DNA of 64,000 bases from Isoptericola halotolerans (GTDB lineage: Bacteria > Actinomycetota > Actinomycetes > Actinomycetales > Cellulomonadaceae), in NCBI RefSeq assembly GCF_013149785.1, contig NZ_JABEZU010000001.1:1302001-1366000 (forward strand), given 5' to 3'. The translations under genes were made by a program, and so were the position numbers. Positions within the stretch are counted from its first letter, which is position 1. The number at the start of each line of letters is the position of its first letter. The notes beneath the pieces are model-generated. The model ran no database searches. It saw only the letters and a program-made list of their open reading frames with translations, and was not told the DNA's origin. Shown here piece by piece: positions 43,826-53,474 of this stretch.

Positions 43826-44065
43826 ATGAGCAAGGCGGAAGACATCCTCTCAGCACTCGGCGGGACCACCAACGTCGTCGAGCTCGAACCGTGCATCACG
43901 AGACTGCGTGTCCAGGTGTCTGACCCTCAGCTCGTCGACGAGCACGCTCTGAAGACCTCGGGTGCCTTCGGGGTGGTTCGCTCGGGCCGCGTCATCCAGG
44001 TCATCGTGGGGCCGGAGGCCGATCACCTGGCCGCCGAGCTCGACGGCCGCGTCGCCTCGGCCTGA
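43826..44065 (+). CDS. Stand-alone PTS EIIB component (glucose/GlcNAc class)
   Basis: ALGGTTNVVELEPCITRLRV (phospho-Cys motif) and QVIVG; GGGGAG RBS. Confidence 0.88.
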   Translation: MSKAEDILSALGGTTNVVELEPCITRLRVQVSDPQLVDEHALKTSGAFGVVRSGRVIQVIVGPEADHLAAELDGRVASA

Positions 44066-44110
44066 CCGGCCGCGGCGCGGGCCGACGCGGGGCCCGGCGC
44101 GGGGCCGGGC

Positions 44111-45109
44111 TCAGGCCTCGCCGGACCCGATCGCCTCGGTCCGCAGCACGCCGGCCGCGCGGAGCTGGCCCTGGGCGGCGCGCAGCAGTGCCCGCGACAC
44201 GTCCCACTGGGTGCCCGGGTTCACCTGGGCGTGCACGGTGAACGTCATCGAGAAGTCGGTGACGGCGTCGACGCCGCGGACCGACGGCGGCTCGAGGAAG
44301 TCCCCGGCCAGCTCCGGGTCGGCCGCCACCAGGTCCGCGGCCCGCCCCAGGGCGGCACGCACCACGTCGACGTCCGCGTCGACCGGAACCCGGACCTCCG
44401 CCAGCGCACGGGACCACTGCTGCGTGCGGTTCCCGGCGCGCAGGATCTCGCCGTTGCGCACCCACCACAGGGTTCCGTCGACGGAACGCACCTGCGTGGT
44501 GCGCAGCTGCACCTCCTCGATGACCCCCTCGGCCCCGGAGCCGAGGTCCACGACGTCGCCGACGCCGTACTGGTCCTCGACCAGGATGAAGATGCCGGAG
44601 ATGAAGTCCTTGACCAGTGACTGGGCGCCGAAGCCCAGCGCGATGCCTGCCACGCCGGCGGACGCGAGCAGCGGACCCACCCGGAAGCCGACCTCCGTGA
44701 GGATCATCAGCAGGATCATGACGCCGACCACGATGTTCGCGGTCGAGTTGAGCACCGATCCCACGGTGCGGGCCCGCTGGGCACGGCGTGCGGAGGCCAG
44801 GGGGTTGGCGAGCACGAGAGCCTCGCCCACGATCGGCGACCGGTGGAACCAGCCCTTCGAGCCCTTCGGCGTGGCGCGAGGCTGGCCGGTCGCGATCCTC
44901 TCGGTGACGTGCGAGATGAGGCGGCGCAGCAGCACCAGGACCAGCAGGCCGATGACGACGATGATCAGGACGCGCAGGGGCCACCCGGTGAACCAGGTCC
45001 AGAACCGCCCGCCGGCCTCGATGGACTCCCGCAGGATCTCGGGCGAGGGCGACGGGTCCGGTGTGCCGGGCGACGGTGTGGTGGAGGTCGAGAAGCTCAC
45101 GACCGTCAC
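44111..45109 (-). CDS. mscS: Small-conductance mechanosensitive channel (MscS family)
   Basis: GIALGFGAQSLVKDFISG, EDQYGVGDVVD and LRTTQVR. Confidence 0.92.
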   Translation of the reverse strand: MTVVSFSTSTTPSPGTPDPSPSPEILRESIEAGGRFWTWFTGWPLRVLIIVVIGLLVLVLLRRLISHVTERIATGQPRATPKGSKGWFHRSPIVGEALVLANPLASARRAQRARTVGSVLNSTANIVVGVMILLMILTEVGFRVGPLLASAGVAGIALGFGAQSLVKDFISGIFILVEDQYGVGDVVDLGSGAEGVIEEVQLRTTQVRSVDGTLWWVRNGEILRAGNRTQQWSRALAEVRVPVDADVDVVRAALGRAADLVAADPELAGDFLEPPSVRGVDAVTDFSMTFTVHAQVNPGTQWDVSRALLRAAQGQLRAAGVLRTEAIGSGEA

Positions 45110-45204
45110 CGTAGCGGCCGTCGGGCCCTCCTGTGGCCACGGCCGGGGCCCCCGCTGGCGTGGGGCGACTGCTCCGGACCGCCGATAGTGGCAGGATCGT
45201 CCCC

Positions 45205-47379
45205 GTGAGCATCAAGGACATGGACCAGGCCGTGCCCGACGGCGGAACGCGCTCCGAGCTGCACGAGCTCGCTGCGGCGCACGGGGTGCTCACCGAGTAC
45301 CACGGGTTCGGCGGGGGAACCGCCAGCGTGCCCGACGCCACGCTGGTCGCGGTGCTCGGGGCGCTCGGCGTGGACGCCACCGGACCGCAGCAGGTCGCGC
45401 ACGGGCTGCGGCGCGCGCGCGACGAGGACTGGCGGTCGGTGCTGCCGCCGACCGTGGTCGCACGCCAGGGGCACGAGACCACCGTGCCGGTGCACGTCAG
45501 CGACGGCGCGTCGGTGCACGTGTGGCTGGAGCTGGACGGCGCCGAGCCCGCGGCCCGCCGCCACGCGGTGCGCCCCCGGCGCGACCTGCAGCAGTCCGAC
45601 GCCTACGTCGCGCCGCGCGAGGTCGACGGACGGCGTGTCGGCCGGGCGACGTTCGTGGTGCCGGCCGACACGCCGCTGGGCTGGCACACCCTCTTCGCGC
45701 TCAGCGAGGGGCAGGAGACGTCCACCACCCTGGTGGTCACCCCGGACCGGCTCGAGCTGCCCTCCGTGATCGAGCGTGGGCAGGTCTGGGGGGTGCTCGC
45801 CCAGCTCTACTCGGTCCGCTCGCGCACCTCGTGGGGGATCGGCGACCTCGCCGACCTCGCCGACCTCGCGTGGCTCACCGCGCACCGCGCCGGCGCGGAC
45901 TTCGTCGCCGTGAACCCGCTGTCGGCGGCCGAGCCGATCACCCCGATGACGCCGTCGCCGTACCTGCCGACGTCGCGCCGTTTCGGCAACCCGATCTACG
46001 TGCGTGTCGAGGACATCCTGGAGACCGCCTACCTGTCCGCCGCGGACCGCTCGCTCGTGGAGTGGGCGGCGGACCCGGTCCGGGAGCTGGACGGCAACGG
46101 CGGACCCATCGACCGCGACGCCGTCTGGGAGGCGAAGAAGGCCGCGCTGGAGGTCGTGTACTCCGCGCCGCGACGGGCCGCACGGCAGGCAGCCTTCGAG
46201 GACTTCGTCACCACGCAGGGGGTGGGGCTCCGGGACTTCGCGACCTGGTGCGCGATCGTCGAGGAGCTCGCCGGCGAGCCGTGGCCCGCCGAGCTGACCG
46301 ACCCGGGTTCACCGGCGGTGGCTGCTGCCCGTGACCGTCTCGCCGACCGGGTCGACTTCTACGTCTGGCTCCAGTGGGTCTTCGACGAGCAGAAGGCAGC
46401 GGCCCAGCGCACGGCCGTCGAGGCCGGGATGAGGGTGGGGATCGTCCACGACCTCGCCGTCGGCGTGCACCCCGACGGGGCGGACGCCTGGGCGCACGCC
46501 GACGTGCTCGCCCGAGGGGTCGGCGTCGGCGCGCCGCCGGACATGTACAACCAGCAGGGGCAGAACTGGTCCCAGCCGCCGTGGAACCCCCGGGCGCTGG
46601 CCCGTGCCGGCTACGCGCCGTACCGCGACATGCTGCGCACCGCGTTGCGGCACGCCGGTGCCCTGCGGGTCGACCACGTGCTCGGGCTCTTCCGTCTGTG
46701 GTGGGTCCCGGAAGGAGCCGACCCGACCGCCGGGGCGTACGTGCGCTACGACCACGAGGCGCTGGTGGGCATCCTGGCGCTCGAGGCGCAGCGTGCCGGC
46801 GCCATGGTCGTCGGCGAGGACCTCGGCGTCTTCGAGCCGTGGGTGCGCGAGTACCTGGCGGACCGCGGCATCCTCGGCACCTCGGTGTTCTGGTTCGAGC
46901 GGTCGGACGGGCGGCCGACCGCCCCTGAGGGCTACCGCCGCCTGACGCTCGCGACGGTCGGCACGCACGACATGCCGCCGACGGCGGGCTACCTCGCCGG
47001 CGAGCACGTCGACCTGCGCGAACGGCTCGGGCTCCTCGCCGAGGATGCGCAGGCCCTGCGCGGGCAGGCGCGGGCGGAGCGGAACGCCGCGGTCGCCGTG
47101 CTCGCGGGGCAAGGGCTCGTGAGCGACAACCCGTCGGAGCGTGAGGTGGTCGAGGCGCTGCACCGGTACCTGCGACGTTCGGCCGCCGCGTTGGTCGGGG
47201 TCCAGCTCGTCGACGCCGTGGGGGAGCGGCGGTCGCAGAACCAGCCGGGCACGGACACCGAGTACCCCAACTGGAAGGTTCCGCTGGGTGACTCCGCCGG
47301 GAACGTGGTGCTGGTGGAGGACCTGTTCGACAACGCCCGGCTGCGGTCCCTGTTCGCCGCGGTCGCGAGCGCGCGCTGA
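45205..47379 (+). CDS. malQ: 4-alpha-glucanotransferase (amylomaltase, GH77)
   Basis: QLYSVRS, HDLAVG, GAPPD, LRVDHVLG, GEDLG, THDMP and NQPGT...YPNW. Start approximate. Confidence 0.95.
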   Translation: MSIKDMDQAVPDGGTRSELHELAAAHGVLTEYHGFGGGTASVPDATLVAVLGALGVDATGPQQVAHGLRRARDEDWRSVLPPTVVARQGHETTVPVHVSDGASVHVWLELDGAEPAARRHAVRPRRDLQQSDAYVAPREVDGRRVGRATFVVPADTPLGWHTLFALSEGQETSTTLVVTPDRLELPSVIERGQVWGVLAQLYSVRSRTSWGIGDLADLADLAWLTAHRAGADFVAVNPLSAAEPITPMTPSPYLPTSRRFGNPIYVRVEDILETAYLSAADRSLVEWAADPVRELDGNGGPIDRDAVWEAKKAALEVVYSAPRRAARQAAFEDFVTTQGVGLRDFATWCAIVEELAGEPWPAELTDPGSPAVAAARDRLADRVDFYVWLQWVFDEQKAAAQRTAVEAGMRVGIVHDLAVGVHPDGADAWAHADVLARGVGVGAPPDMYNQQGQNWSQPPWNPRALARAGYAPYRDMLRTALRHAGALRVDHVLGLFRLWWVPEGADPTAGAYVRYDHEALVGILALEAQRAGAMVVGEDLGVFEPWVREYLADRGILGTSVFWFERSDGRPTAPEGYRRLTLATVGTHDMPPTAGYLAGEHVDLRERLGLLAEDAQALRGQARAERNAAVAVLAGQGLVSDNPSEREVVEALHRYLRRSAAALVGVQLVDAVGERRSQNQPGTDTEYPNWKVPLGDSAGNVVLVEDLFDNARLRSLFAAVASAR

Positions 47380-47384
47380 CGGAC

Positions 47385-47418
47385 AGGTCCCGGCGAGGCG
47401 TCGGCCTCGCCGGGACCT
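47385..47418. terminator. Bidirectional hairpin between convergent malQ and pepN
   Basis: 15-bp stem AGGTCCCGGCGAGGC / GCCTCGCCGGGACCT. Confidence 0.7.
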
Positions 47419-47424
47419 TCGTCG

Positions 47425-49995
47425 TCAGGCCGCGTCGACGGCCTGCGCGGCCAGCGCCCTCTCGGTGCCGGCCAGCGCCTCGATCACCATGCGCCGCAGC
47501 GCGGCCGGGGCGTCGGAGTGCGTCTCGAGCCAGCCCCGCACCACGTCCCGCAGGCGCGTCGATGCCAGGGGAGCCGGGTAGAGCCCCTCGATGAGCTCCT
47601 CGGCGATGTGGTAGCTGCGCGTCTGCCAGATCGGCAGCAACGAGTCCACGTACCGCTGGGCGAAGGGCACGAGCACGGCCGGGTCGGTGACCTGGACGAA
47701 CCCGGCGGCGGTGGCCCGGATGATCGCGTTGGGGGCGTCGGCGTCGTCCACGACGGAGGCGAACGCACGCTCCTTGCCCTCGATCGTCGGGGTGGCCGCG
47801 CGGGCACGGGCTGCGGCCTGGCGACCCGAGGCGGTGTCGTCGGCGGACAGGGCGGCGTCGATCTCGGTGTCGCCGGCGACGCCGAGCTGGACCAGACCCT
47901 GCAACAGCTCCCAGCGCAGGTCGGTGTCGACGGCGAGGCCGTCGAGGACGACCGACCCGTCGAGCAGGCCGCTCAGCGGGGTCGCGTGCGCGTCGGTCGA
48001 GGACATCGCCGCGAAGTACTTGACGAGCTGCAGCTGCAGGTCGGAGCCGGCGGAGGCCTCCTGGGCCAGCGACCAGAGCGTGTCACCGACACGCTCGAGG
48101 GTCGCCGCCCGGCGTGCGGGCGCCACGTAGGAGCGTGCGGCCAGGCCGAGCTGGGCGAGCGTGGTGCGGACCGTCGTCGACTCCGTCTCGGCCGCGATGT
48201 TGCCCAGGACCAGGTCGACGTAGGACGAGGCCGGGGTCTCGCCGTCGCGCACCGCGTCCCACACCGAGCCCCAGACGAGGGAGCGGGCCAGCGGGTCGCT
48301 GATGCGCGAGAGGTTCTCGACGGCGAAGGTCAAGGAGGTCTTGTCGAGACGCACCTTGGCGTAGGCCAGGTCGTCGTCGTTGACGAGGACGAGGTCCGGA
48401 CGGGACAGCCCGACGAGGTCGGGCACGGCGGTCCGTTCGCCGTCGACGTCGACCTGCACCGACCGCGTGCGCACCACGGCGCCGGACTCGTCGAGGTCGT
48501 AGAACCCGATGCCGAGCCGGTGCGGGCGGATCGTCGGGTGGTCGGCCGGGGCCGTCTGCTCGATGTGGAACGCGGTGATCCGGCGGTGGTCGTCCAGCTC
48601 GATCGCGGGCCGCAACGTGTTGACGCCGGCGGTCTCCAGCCAGATCTGCGACCAGGCGGTCAGGTCCCGTCCGCTGGTGGCCTCCAGCTCCACGAGCAGG
48701 TCCGGCAGCTCGGTGTTGCCCCACGCGTGCTTGCGGAAGTAGGCCGACACCCCGCCGATGAACTCCTCGCGTCCCACCCATGCGACGAGCTGCTTGAGCA
48801 CCGAGGCGCCCTTGGCGTAGGTGATGCCGTCGAAGTTGACCTGCACGTCGTCCAGGTCGCGGATCTCGGCGACGATCGGATGTGTCGAGGGCAGCTGGTC
48901 CTGACGGTAGGCCCAGGTCTTCTCCATCGCGTTGAACGTGGTCCAGGCGGCCTCCCACTCGGTGGCCTCGGCCGTGGCGAGCGTGGACGCGTACTCGGCG
49001 AACGACTCGTTGAGCCACAGGTCGTTCCACCACTTCATGGTGACCAGGTCGCCGAACCACATGTGCGCCAGCTCGTGCAGGATCGTGACGACGCGGCGCT
49101 CCCGCACCGCGTCGGTCACCTGGGAGCGGAACACGTAGGACTCGGTGAAGGTGACGCAGCCGGGGTTCTCCATCGCGCCCATGTTGTACTCGGGCACGAA
49201 CAGCTGGTCGTACTTGTCGAACGGGTAGGGGACCTTGAAGGTCTCCTCGTAGAAGGCGAAGCCCTGGCGCGTGGTGGCCATGATCGCGTCGGCGTCGAGG
49301 TGCTCGGACAACGACGAGCGGCAGAACACGCCCAACGGGATCACGCGGCCGTCGGACGACGTGACCTCGCCGCGCTCGACGGCGTACGGCCCGGCGACCA
49401 GCGCCGCGAGGTACGTGGAGATGCGGGGCGTCGGCCCGAACTCCCACCGCGCCGCCTCCACGCCGGGCTCGCTGGCGTGCTCGGCCGAGGTGGGTTCCGG
49501 CGTCGGCTGGTTCGAGACGACCTCCCAGGCGGCCGGCGCCGTCACCGTCAGCTGGAACGGCGCCTTGAGGTCGGGCTGCTCGAAGGTCGCGAAGACGCGC
49601 CGGGCGTCGGGGACCTCGAACTGCGTGTAGAGGTAGACCTCACCGTCGACGGGGTCGACGAACCGGTGCAGGCCCTCGCCGGTGTTCATGTACGCGCAGT
49701 CGGCGACGACGCGGACCTCGTTCTCGGCGTCGAGGTCGTCCAGCGTGATGCGCGAGCCGGCGTACACCTGCGCGACGTCGAGCGTGCGTCCGTTGAGCGT
49801 CACCTCCCGCAGGTGCGGGGCCACCAGGTCCAGGAACGTGCTGGCCCCCGCCTTGGCGGAGAACCGGACGGTCGTGGTGGACGCGAACGTCTCAGGACCG
49901 GTGGTCACGTCGAGCTCGACGTGGTAGGACTCGACGGTGGTGACGACCTCGGCGCGCTCGATCGCTTCGACGCGGGTCAGGTTCTCTCCGGGCAC
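47425..49995 (-). CDS. pepN: Aminopeptidase N (M1 family)
   Basis: GAMENPG, HELAHMWFG...LWLNESF and NFDGITYAKG. GTG start with an AGGAG RBS. Confidence 0.96.
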   Translation of the reverse strand: MPGENLTRVEAIERAEVVTTVESYHVELDVTTGPETFASTTTVRFSAKAGASTFLDLVAPHLREVTLNGRTLDVAQVYAGSRITLDDLDAENEVRVVADCAYMNTGEGLHRFVDPVDGEVYLYTQFEVPDARRVFATFEQPDLKAPFQLTVTAPAAWEVVSNQPTPEPTSAEHASEPGVEAARWEFGPTPRISTYLAALVAGPYAVERGEVTSSDGRVIPLGVFCRSSLSEHLDADAIMATTRQGFAFYEETFKVPYPFDKYDQLFVPEYNMGAMENPGCVTFTESYVFRSQVTDAVRERRVVTILHELAHMWFGDLVTMKWWNDLWLNESFAEYASTLATAEATEWEAAWTTFNAMEKTWAYRQDQLPSTHPIVAEIRDLDDVQVNFDGITYAKGASVLKQLVAWVGREEFIGGVSAYFRKHAWGNTELPDLLVELEATSGRDLTAWSQIWLETAGVNTLRPAIELDDHRRITAFHIEQTAPADHPTIRPHRLGIGFYDLDESGAVVRTRSVQVDVDGERTAVPDLVGLSRPDLVLVNDDDLAYAKVRLDKTSLTFAVENLSRISDPLARSLVWGSVWDAVRDGETPASSYVDLVLGNIAAETESTTVRTTLAQLGLAARSYVAPARRAATLERVGDTLWSLAQEASAGSDLQLQLVKYFAAMSSTDAHATPLSGLLDGSVVLDGLAVDTDLRWELLQGLVQLGVAGDTEIDAALSADDTASGRQAAARARAATPTIEGKERAFASVVDDADAPNAIIRATAAGFVQVTDPAVLVPFAQRYVDSLLPIWQTRSYHIAEELIEGLYPAPLASTRLRDVVRGWLETHSDAPAALRRMVIEALAGTERALAAQAVDAA

Positions 49996-50234
49996 GGGTG
50001 CTCCTGGGGACGGTGACAGGTGGCGACGACCACGAGGTCGTCGCGGTCGCGTGCGACGATCATGCCACCTCGGCCCCGTCCGGGAGAACGGATTCTCGGC
50101 TGTGCGGCCCGGTTTCATCGGGCCGGCGCGGTGCCCCGGGTTCGACCTGTGTCACCCGGTCATGACATCCTGCGCTGTGCGCACCAGCGCGTCGGCCGGT
50201 CGTCACCGGCTGCCCGCCCCGGGAGGGAGCCCTG

Positions 50235-51266
50235 ATGTCCGGCACCGTGCCGCCGCCCCCGCCGCCCGGTCCTGCCCCGCAGGGCCCGGGCGCCGATGCC
50301 GTGCGTCCGTCCCTGCAGGGAACGGGTCGGCCACCCGCCATGCCGCCGTCGATCAGCCCCGGCCAGGCACCGAGGCCGGGTCACCTGCCCGTGCCACCGG
50401 CGCCTGCCTCGGGCTCGCCTGCCTCGGGCTCGCCGGCTCCGGCGCCCGCGCAGGCACCTGAGCCTTCCCAGCCGAGGTACTCCGCGCCGGTGCGGCAGCC
50501 CGCCTACCAGCCTGCCGCCTACGAGCAGCCCTACCAGCAGAACACCTACCAGCAGCCCGCACCGGAACCGCAGGGACAGCCGCCGCAGTCCCAGCAGTAC
50601 GGCTACACGCCCCAGCAGTACGCCTACCAGCAGGCGCCGGCCAGCCCTCCGACGGGAACTGCCCAGAACCCGGCCTCGCCGGGCACGCGCCGTGGCCGGC
50701 GGCTGAGCCCGGGCATGATCGCCTTCATCGCCGTCGACGCGATCCTCCTCGTGGTGGCGATCGTCTTCGCGGTGAACGTGCTCAGCGGGTCGGGGGCCTC
50801 GCCGGTGGACGCGGGGGACGAGCCCGACGTGGTCGCGAGCCAGGACGCCGCCGACGACGAGGACGGCGACGGCGGCGCTGACGACGAGGCCGCGCAGGGC
50901 ACCGACCCCGGAGCCTCGATGGCGGAGTTCGCCTCGCCGTCGCGCAACATCTCCTGCGAGATCTTCGAGAACCAGGTCACGTGCAAGATCGCCGAGCTGA
51001 ACCAGCAGCCTGCACCGGTGGAGGGCTGCGACGGGATGACGGGCTACGTCGTGACGCTCGACAGGGAGGGCACGGTGGCGCTGCCGTGCGTCCCCACGGG
51101 AGAGAAGCCCTCGACCGCCGGCGGCGGCCTCGACGCGCTCTCGTACGGCGAGACGGCCACGGGCGGCGACTTCACGTGCACCTCCCAGGAGGACGGGATG
51201 TACTGCCAGCACGACCCGAGCGGCCAGGGCTTCTCGCTCGCGAGGGCGGGCGTCGGGACCTACTGA
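50235..51266 (+). CDS. Hypothetical single-pass membrane protein: P/Q/Y-rich N-terminus and Cys-rich extracellular domain
   Basis: Low-complexity N-terminus, a TM helix (IAFIAVDAILLVVAIVFAV) and a FASPSRNISC... domain with 6 Cys. Confidence 0.75.
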   Translation: MSGTVPPPPPPGPAPQGPGADAVRPSLQGTGRPPAMPPSISPGQAPRPGHLPVPPAPASGSPASGSPAPAPAQAPEPSQPRYSAPVRQPAYQPAAYEQPYQQNTYQQPAPEPQGQPPQSQQYGYTPQQYAYQQAPASPPTGTAQNPASPGTRRGRRLSPGMIAFIAVDAILLVVAIVFAVNVLSGSGASPVDAGDEPDVVASQDAADDEDGDGGADDEAAQGTDPGASMAEFASPSRNISCEIFENQVTCKIAELNQQPAPVEGCDGMTGYVVTLDREGTVALPCVPTGEKPSTAGGGLDALSYGETATGGDFTCTSQEDGMYCQHDPSGQGFSLARAGVGTY

Positions 51267-52933
51267 GGCGTTGGTCGGTCGGCCGAGGCGTCCTGCGGCG
51301 GGTCGTGCGGCTCGAGGAACGGTTCGAGCAGCCCCGGTGCCGCCTCGAGGGCGAAGGCCAGCGACTCCTCGACCGCGACGTCCGGCGCTTCGTACACGCC
51401 CCACCCCGCGGCAGTCATCGCCGAGACGGTGCGGAGCCCGAGGCGGCGCTGCAGGATCGACTCGCGCAAGGCGATCGTGCTGACCGCGTCACGCCGCAGC
51501 ACCGTCGTCGCCCGGCTCATCAGTCCGGACCGGACCACGAGATGGTCCCCGACGATCGTGTGCCCGAGCGCGCGGTACGCCACCACCGCCGACGCGAGCG
51601 CGACCACCCAGGACGCCGCACCCCACCACAGCGCCGTCACCGGGACGGCGCCGTTCGAGGCGAGCCACCCCGACGTCCCCGTCACGGCGGCGCCGACGAC
51701 CGTGGCCCACCACAGACGGCGACGCAGAGCGGCCGGCGGGTGCGGCGCCAGCCGTCGCGAGAACGGGCCGGGCGACATCTCGAGGACCTCTCCGACGACT
51801 CTCCGCGCGACCGGGAGGGGACCGCGGGGCAGGATCGACGTCGACCCCGACCAGATGGACAGCCCCGTGGTGATCACCTCGGTGTCGGCGACCCCCAGCC
51901 ATCGCCAGAGCACCGGTTCCGAGACGTGGGCACCGCGGATCCGGCGTTCGTCGCGGTTGACCTCGCGCGTCGTCAGGAGACCCTGGCGAGTCCGCAGCTG
52001 CGTGGAGTCGTCTCCCGGGACCCGGGCGAGCTCGAAGCGCCAGTGCGTGCTGAAGTACCCCGCGGCCCGTGCCACGGTGCCGACCGCCAGCACGGCGCCC
52101 AGCGTCATGCCGATCGTGACGGGCCAGCCGACCTCCCCTGGGGAGAGGTTCCGCTGGATCCACGTCCCGGGGTCGAGGCCGAACATCGCGACGAGCCAGT
52201 AAGCGCCCCACAACAGACCGGCGGCGGCGACCACGGACCAGACACCGACGACGTTGTAGACGACCCACGACGGCCGGAACCGTGCGATGACCTGCTCGGT
52301 CGATCGATCCGCAGGCCCGGCGAACCCGGTGGGTCCCTCGGACCCGGCCGTGCGGGTCGGGGGAGCGGTTCGCGCACCCGGTGGCGCCGCCTCGCCCGAG
52401 AGCAGCGTCCGGCGAAGCGCCGCGGCGTCGTCTCGGTGCAGTGCGTCCAGGGACAGCGCGGACTCTCCGGCGGAAAACTGCTGCCCGGCGCCGATCAGGA
52501 CGACCCGCAGCCCGGCGAGGCGGTGACGCAGCCTGGCCGTCACGTCGATGCTACGGATCCGGTCGCGCCGCACCGAGCGGTAGCGCCGGACGACGATGCC
52601 GGTGCGGCGCTCGACGTGCTCGTCGGTCACCCGGTAGCGCGTGAAGGCCCACCGCAGGGCATCGCGGGCGGCACCGATCACACCCAGGACGGCGACGAGG
52701 ACGAAGGGCCACATCGCACCCCAGGTCGGGTCGACGCCGACCACCCAGGTCGCGACGGCCGCAGGTGTCAGCGACAGCAGGGACTGTGCGACGTCGACCC
52801 AGATCACCCTCGCGTCCAGGCGCAACCACGGCGCGGTGTCCGGGGTCACCGGCACCTCGCGCTCGAGGACGTTCCCGTCGGCCGCCTGGGCGTCGGCGCC
52901 CGGTTCGACCTCGGCACCCTGCTGCGGCGTCAC
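51260..52933 (-). CDS. Membrane protein with bacterial PH domains (YdbT-like)
   Basis: Repeated TM plus bPH_2-like segments (YRVTDEHVERRTGI...RIRSID, RSGLMSR...QRRLGL). Coupled to the YdbS-like gene. Confidence 0.8.
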   Translation of the reverse strand: MTPQQGAEVEPGADAQAADGNVLEREVPVTPDTAPWLRLDARVIWVDVAQSLLSLTPAAVATWVVGVDPTWGAMWPFVLVAVLGVIGAARDALRWAFTRYRVTDEHVERRTGIVVRRYRSVRRDRIRSIDVTARLRHRLAGLRVVLIGAGQQFSAGESALSLDALHRDDAAALRRTLLSGEAAPPGARTAPPTRTAGSEGPTGFAGPADRSTEQVIARFRPSWVVYNVVGVWSVVAAAGLLWGAYWLVAMFGLDPGTWIQRNLSPGEVGWPVTIGMTLGAVLAVGTVARAAGYFSTHWRFELARVPGDDSTQLRTRQGLLTTREVNRDERRIRGAHVSEPVLWRWLGVADTEVITTGLSIWSGSTSILPRGPLPVARRVVGEVLEMSPGPFSRRLAPHPPAALRRRLWWATVVGAAVTGTSGWLASNGAVPVTALWWGAASWVVALASAVVAYRALGHTIVGDHLVVRSGLMSRATTVLRRDAVSTIALRESILQRRLGLRTVSAMTAAGWGVYEAPDVAVEESLAFALEAAPGLLEPFLEPHDPPQDASADRPTPQ

Positions 52934-53415
52934 GTGGCGTCCCCGGGGACCTGCTCCACGACGAGCGTCAGGCGTTCGGCGACCTGCTCGGCCACGTCCT
53001 TGTCCAGCCCGACGATGTTGATCGCGCCGCTCGAGGAGGCCGTCGTGACGCGCAGGGTGGCGAGGCCCAGGAGCTGCTCGAGAGGCCCCCGCACGGCGTC
53101 GACGGTCTGGACGCGGGACAGCGGTGCGACCCGCCACTCCCGCACCACCCAGCCGGTGAGCCCGTAGACCGCCTCGTCCGTGGTCTCCCAGCGGTGCACG
53201 GCGTACCGCCACCGCGGTTCGACGAGCGCCCGGGCCGCCGTCCAGGCGGCGACCAGCACGATCGGTGCGACGAGCCACCCCCGCGCCGGCTCCCACAGCC
53301 AGGCGACCAGCAGGAGGACGACGAGGACCAGACCGGCAGAGCACAGGCCCCGCAGGGTCCACCAGCGCACTGCTCGTGGGTCGACGCGGTGCACGGGAGA
53401 GCGGAGGTTCGGCAT
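52930..53415 (-). CDS. Membrane protein with PH domain (YdbS-like)
   Basis: PRWRYAVHRWE...RVQTVDAVRGPLEQLLGLATL. Confidence 0.85.
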   Translation of the reverse strand: MPNLRSPVHRVDPRAVRWWTLRGLCSAGLVLVVLLLVAWLWEPARGWLVAPIVLVAAWTAARALVEPRWRYAVHRWETTDEAVYGLTGWVVREWRVAPLSRVQTVDAVRGPLEQLLGLATLRVTTASSSGAINIVGLDKDVAEQVAERLTLVVEQVPGDAT

Positions 53416-53424
53416 GCGCCCAGC

Positions 53425-53457
53425 CTGGCACTCCCGTGCGCCCCACGGGAGTGCCAG
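53425..53457 (-). terminator. Hairpin downstream of the M13 peptidase gene
   Basis: 14-bp stem CTGGCACTCCCGTG / CACGGGAGTGCCAG. Confidence 0.6.
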
Positions 53458-53474
53458 ACGTCATGGTCTGCCTG

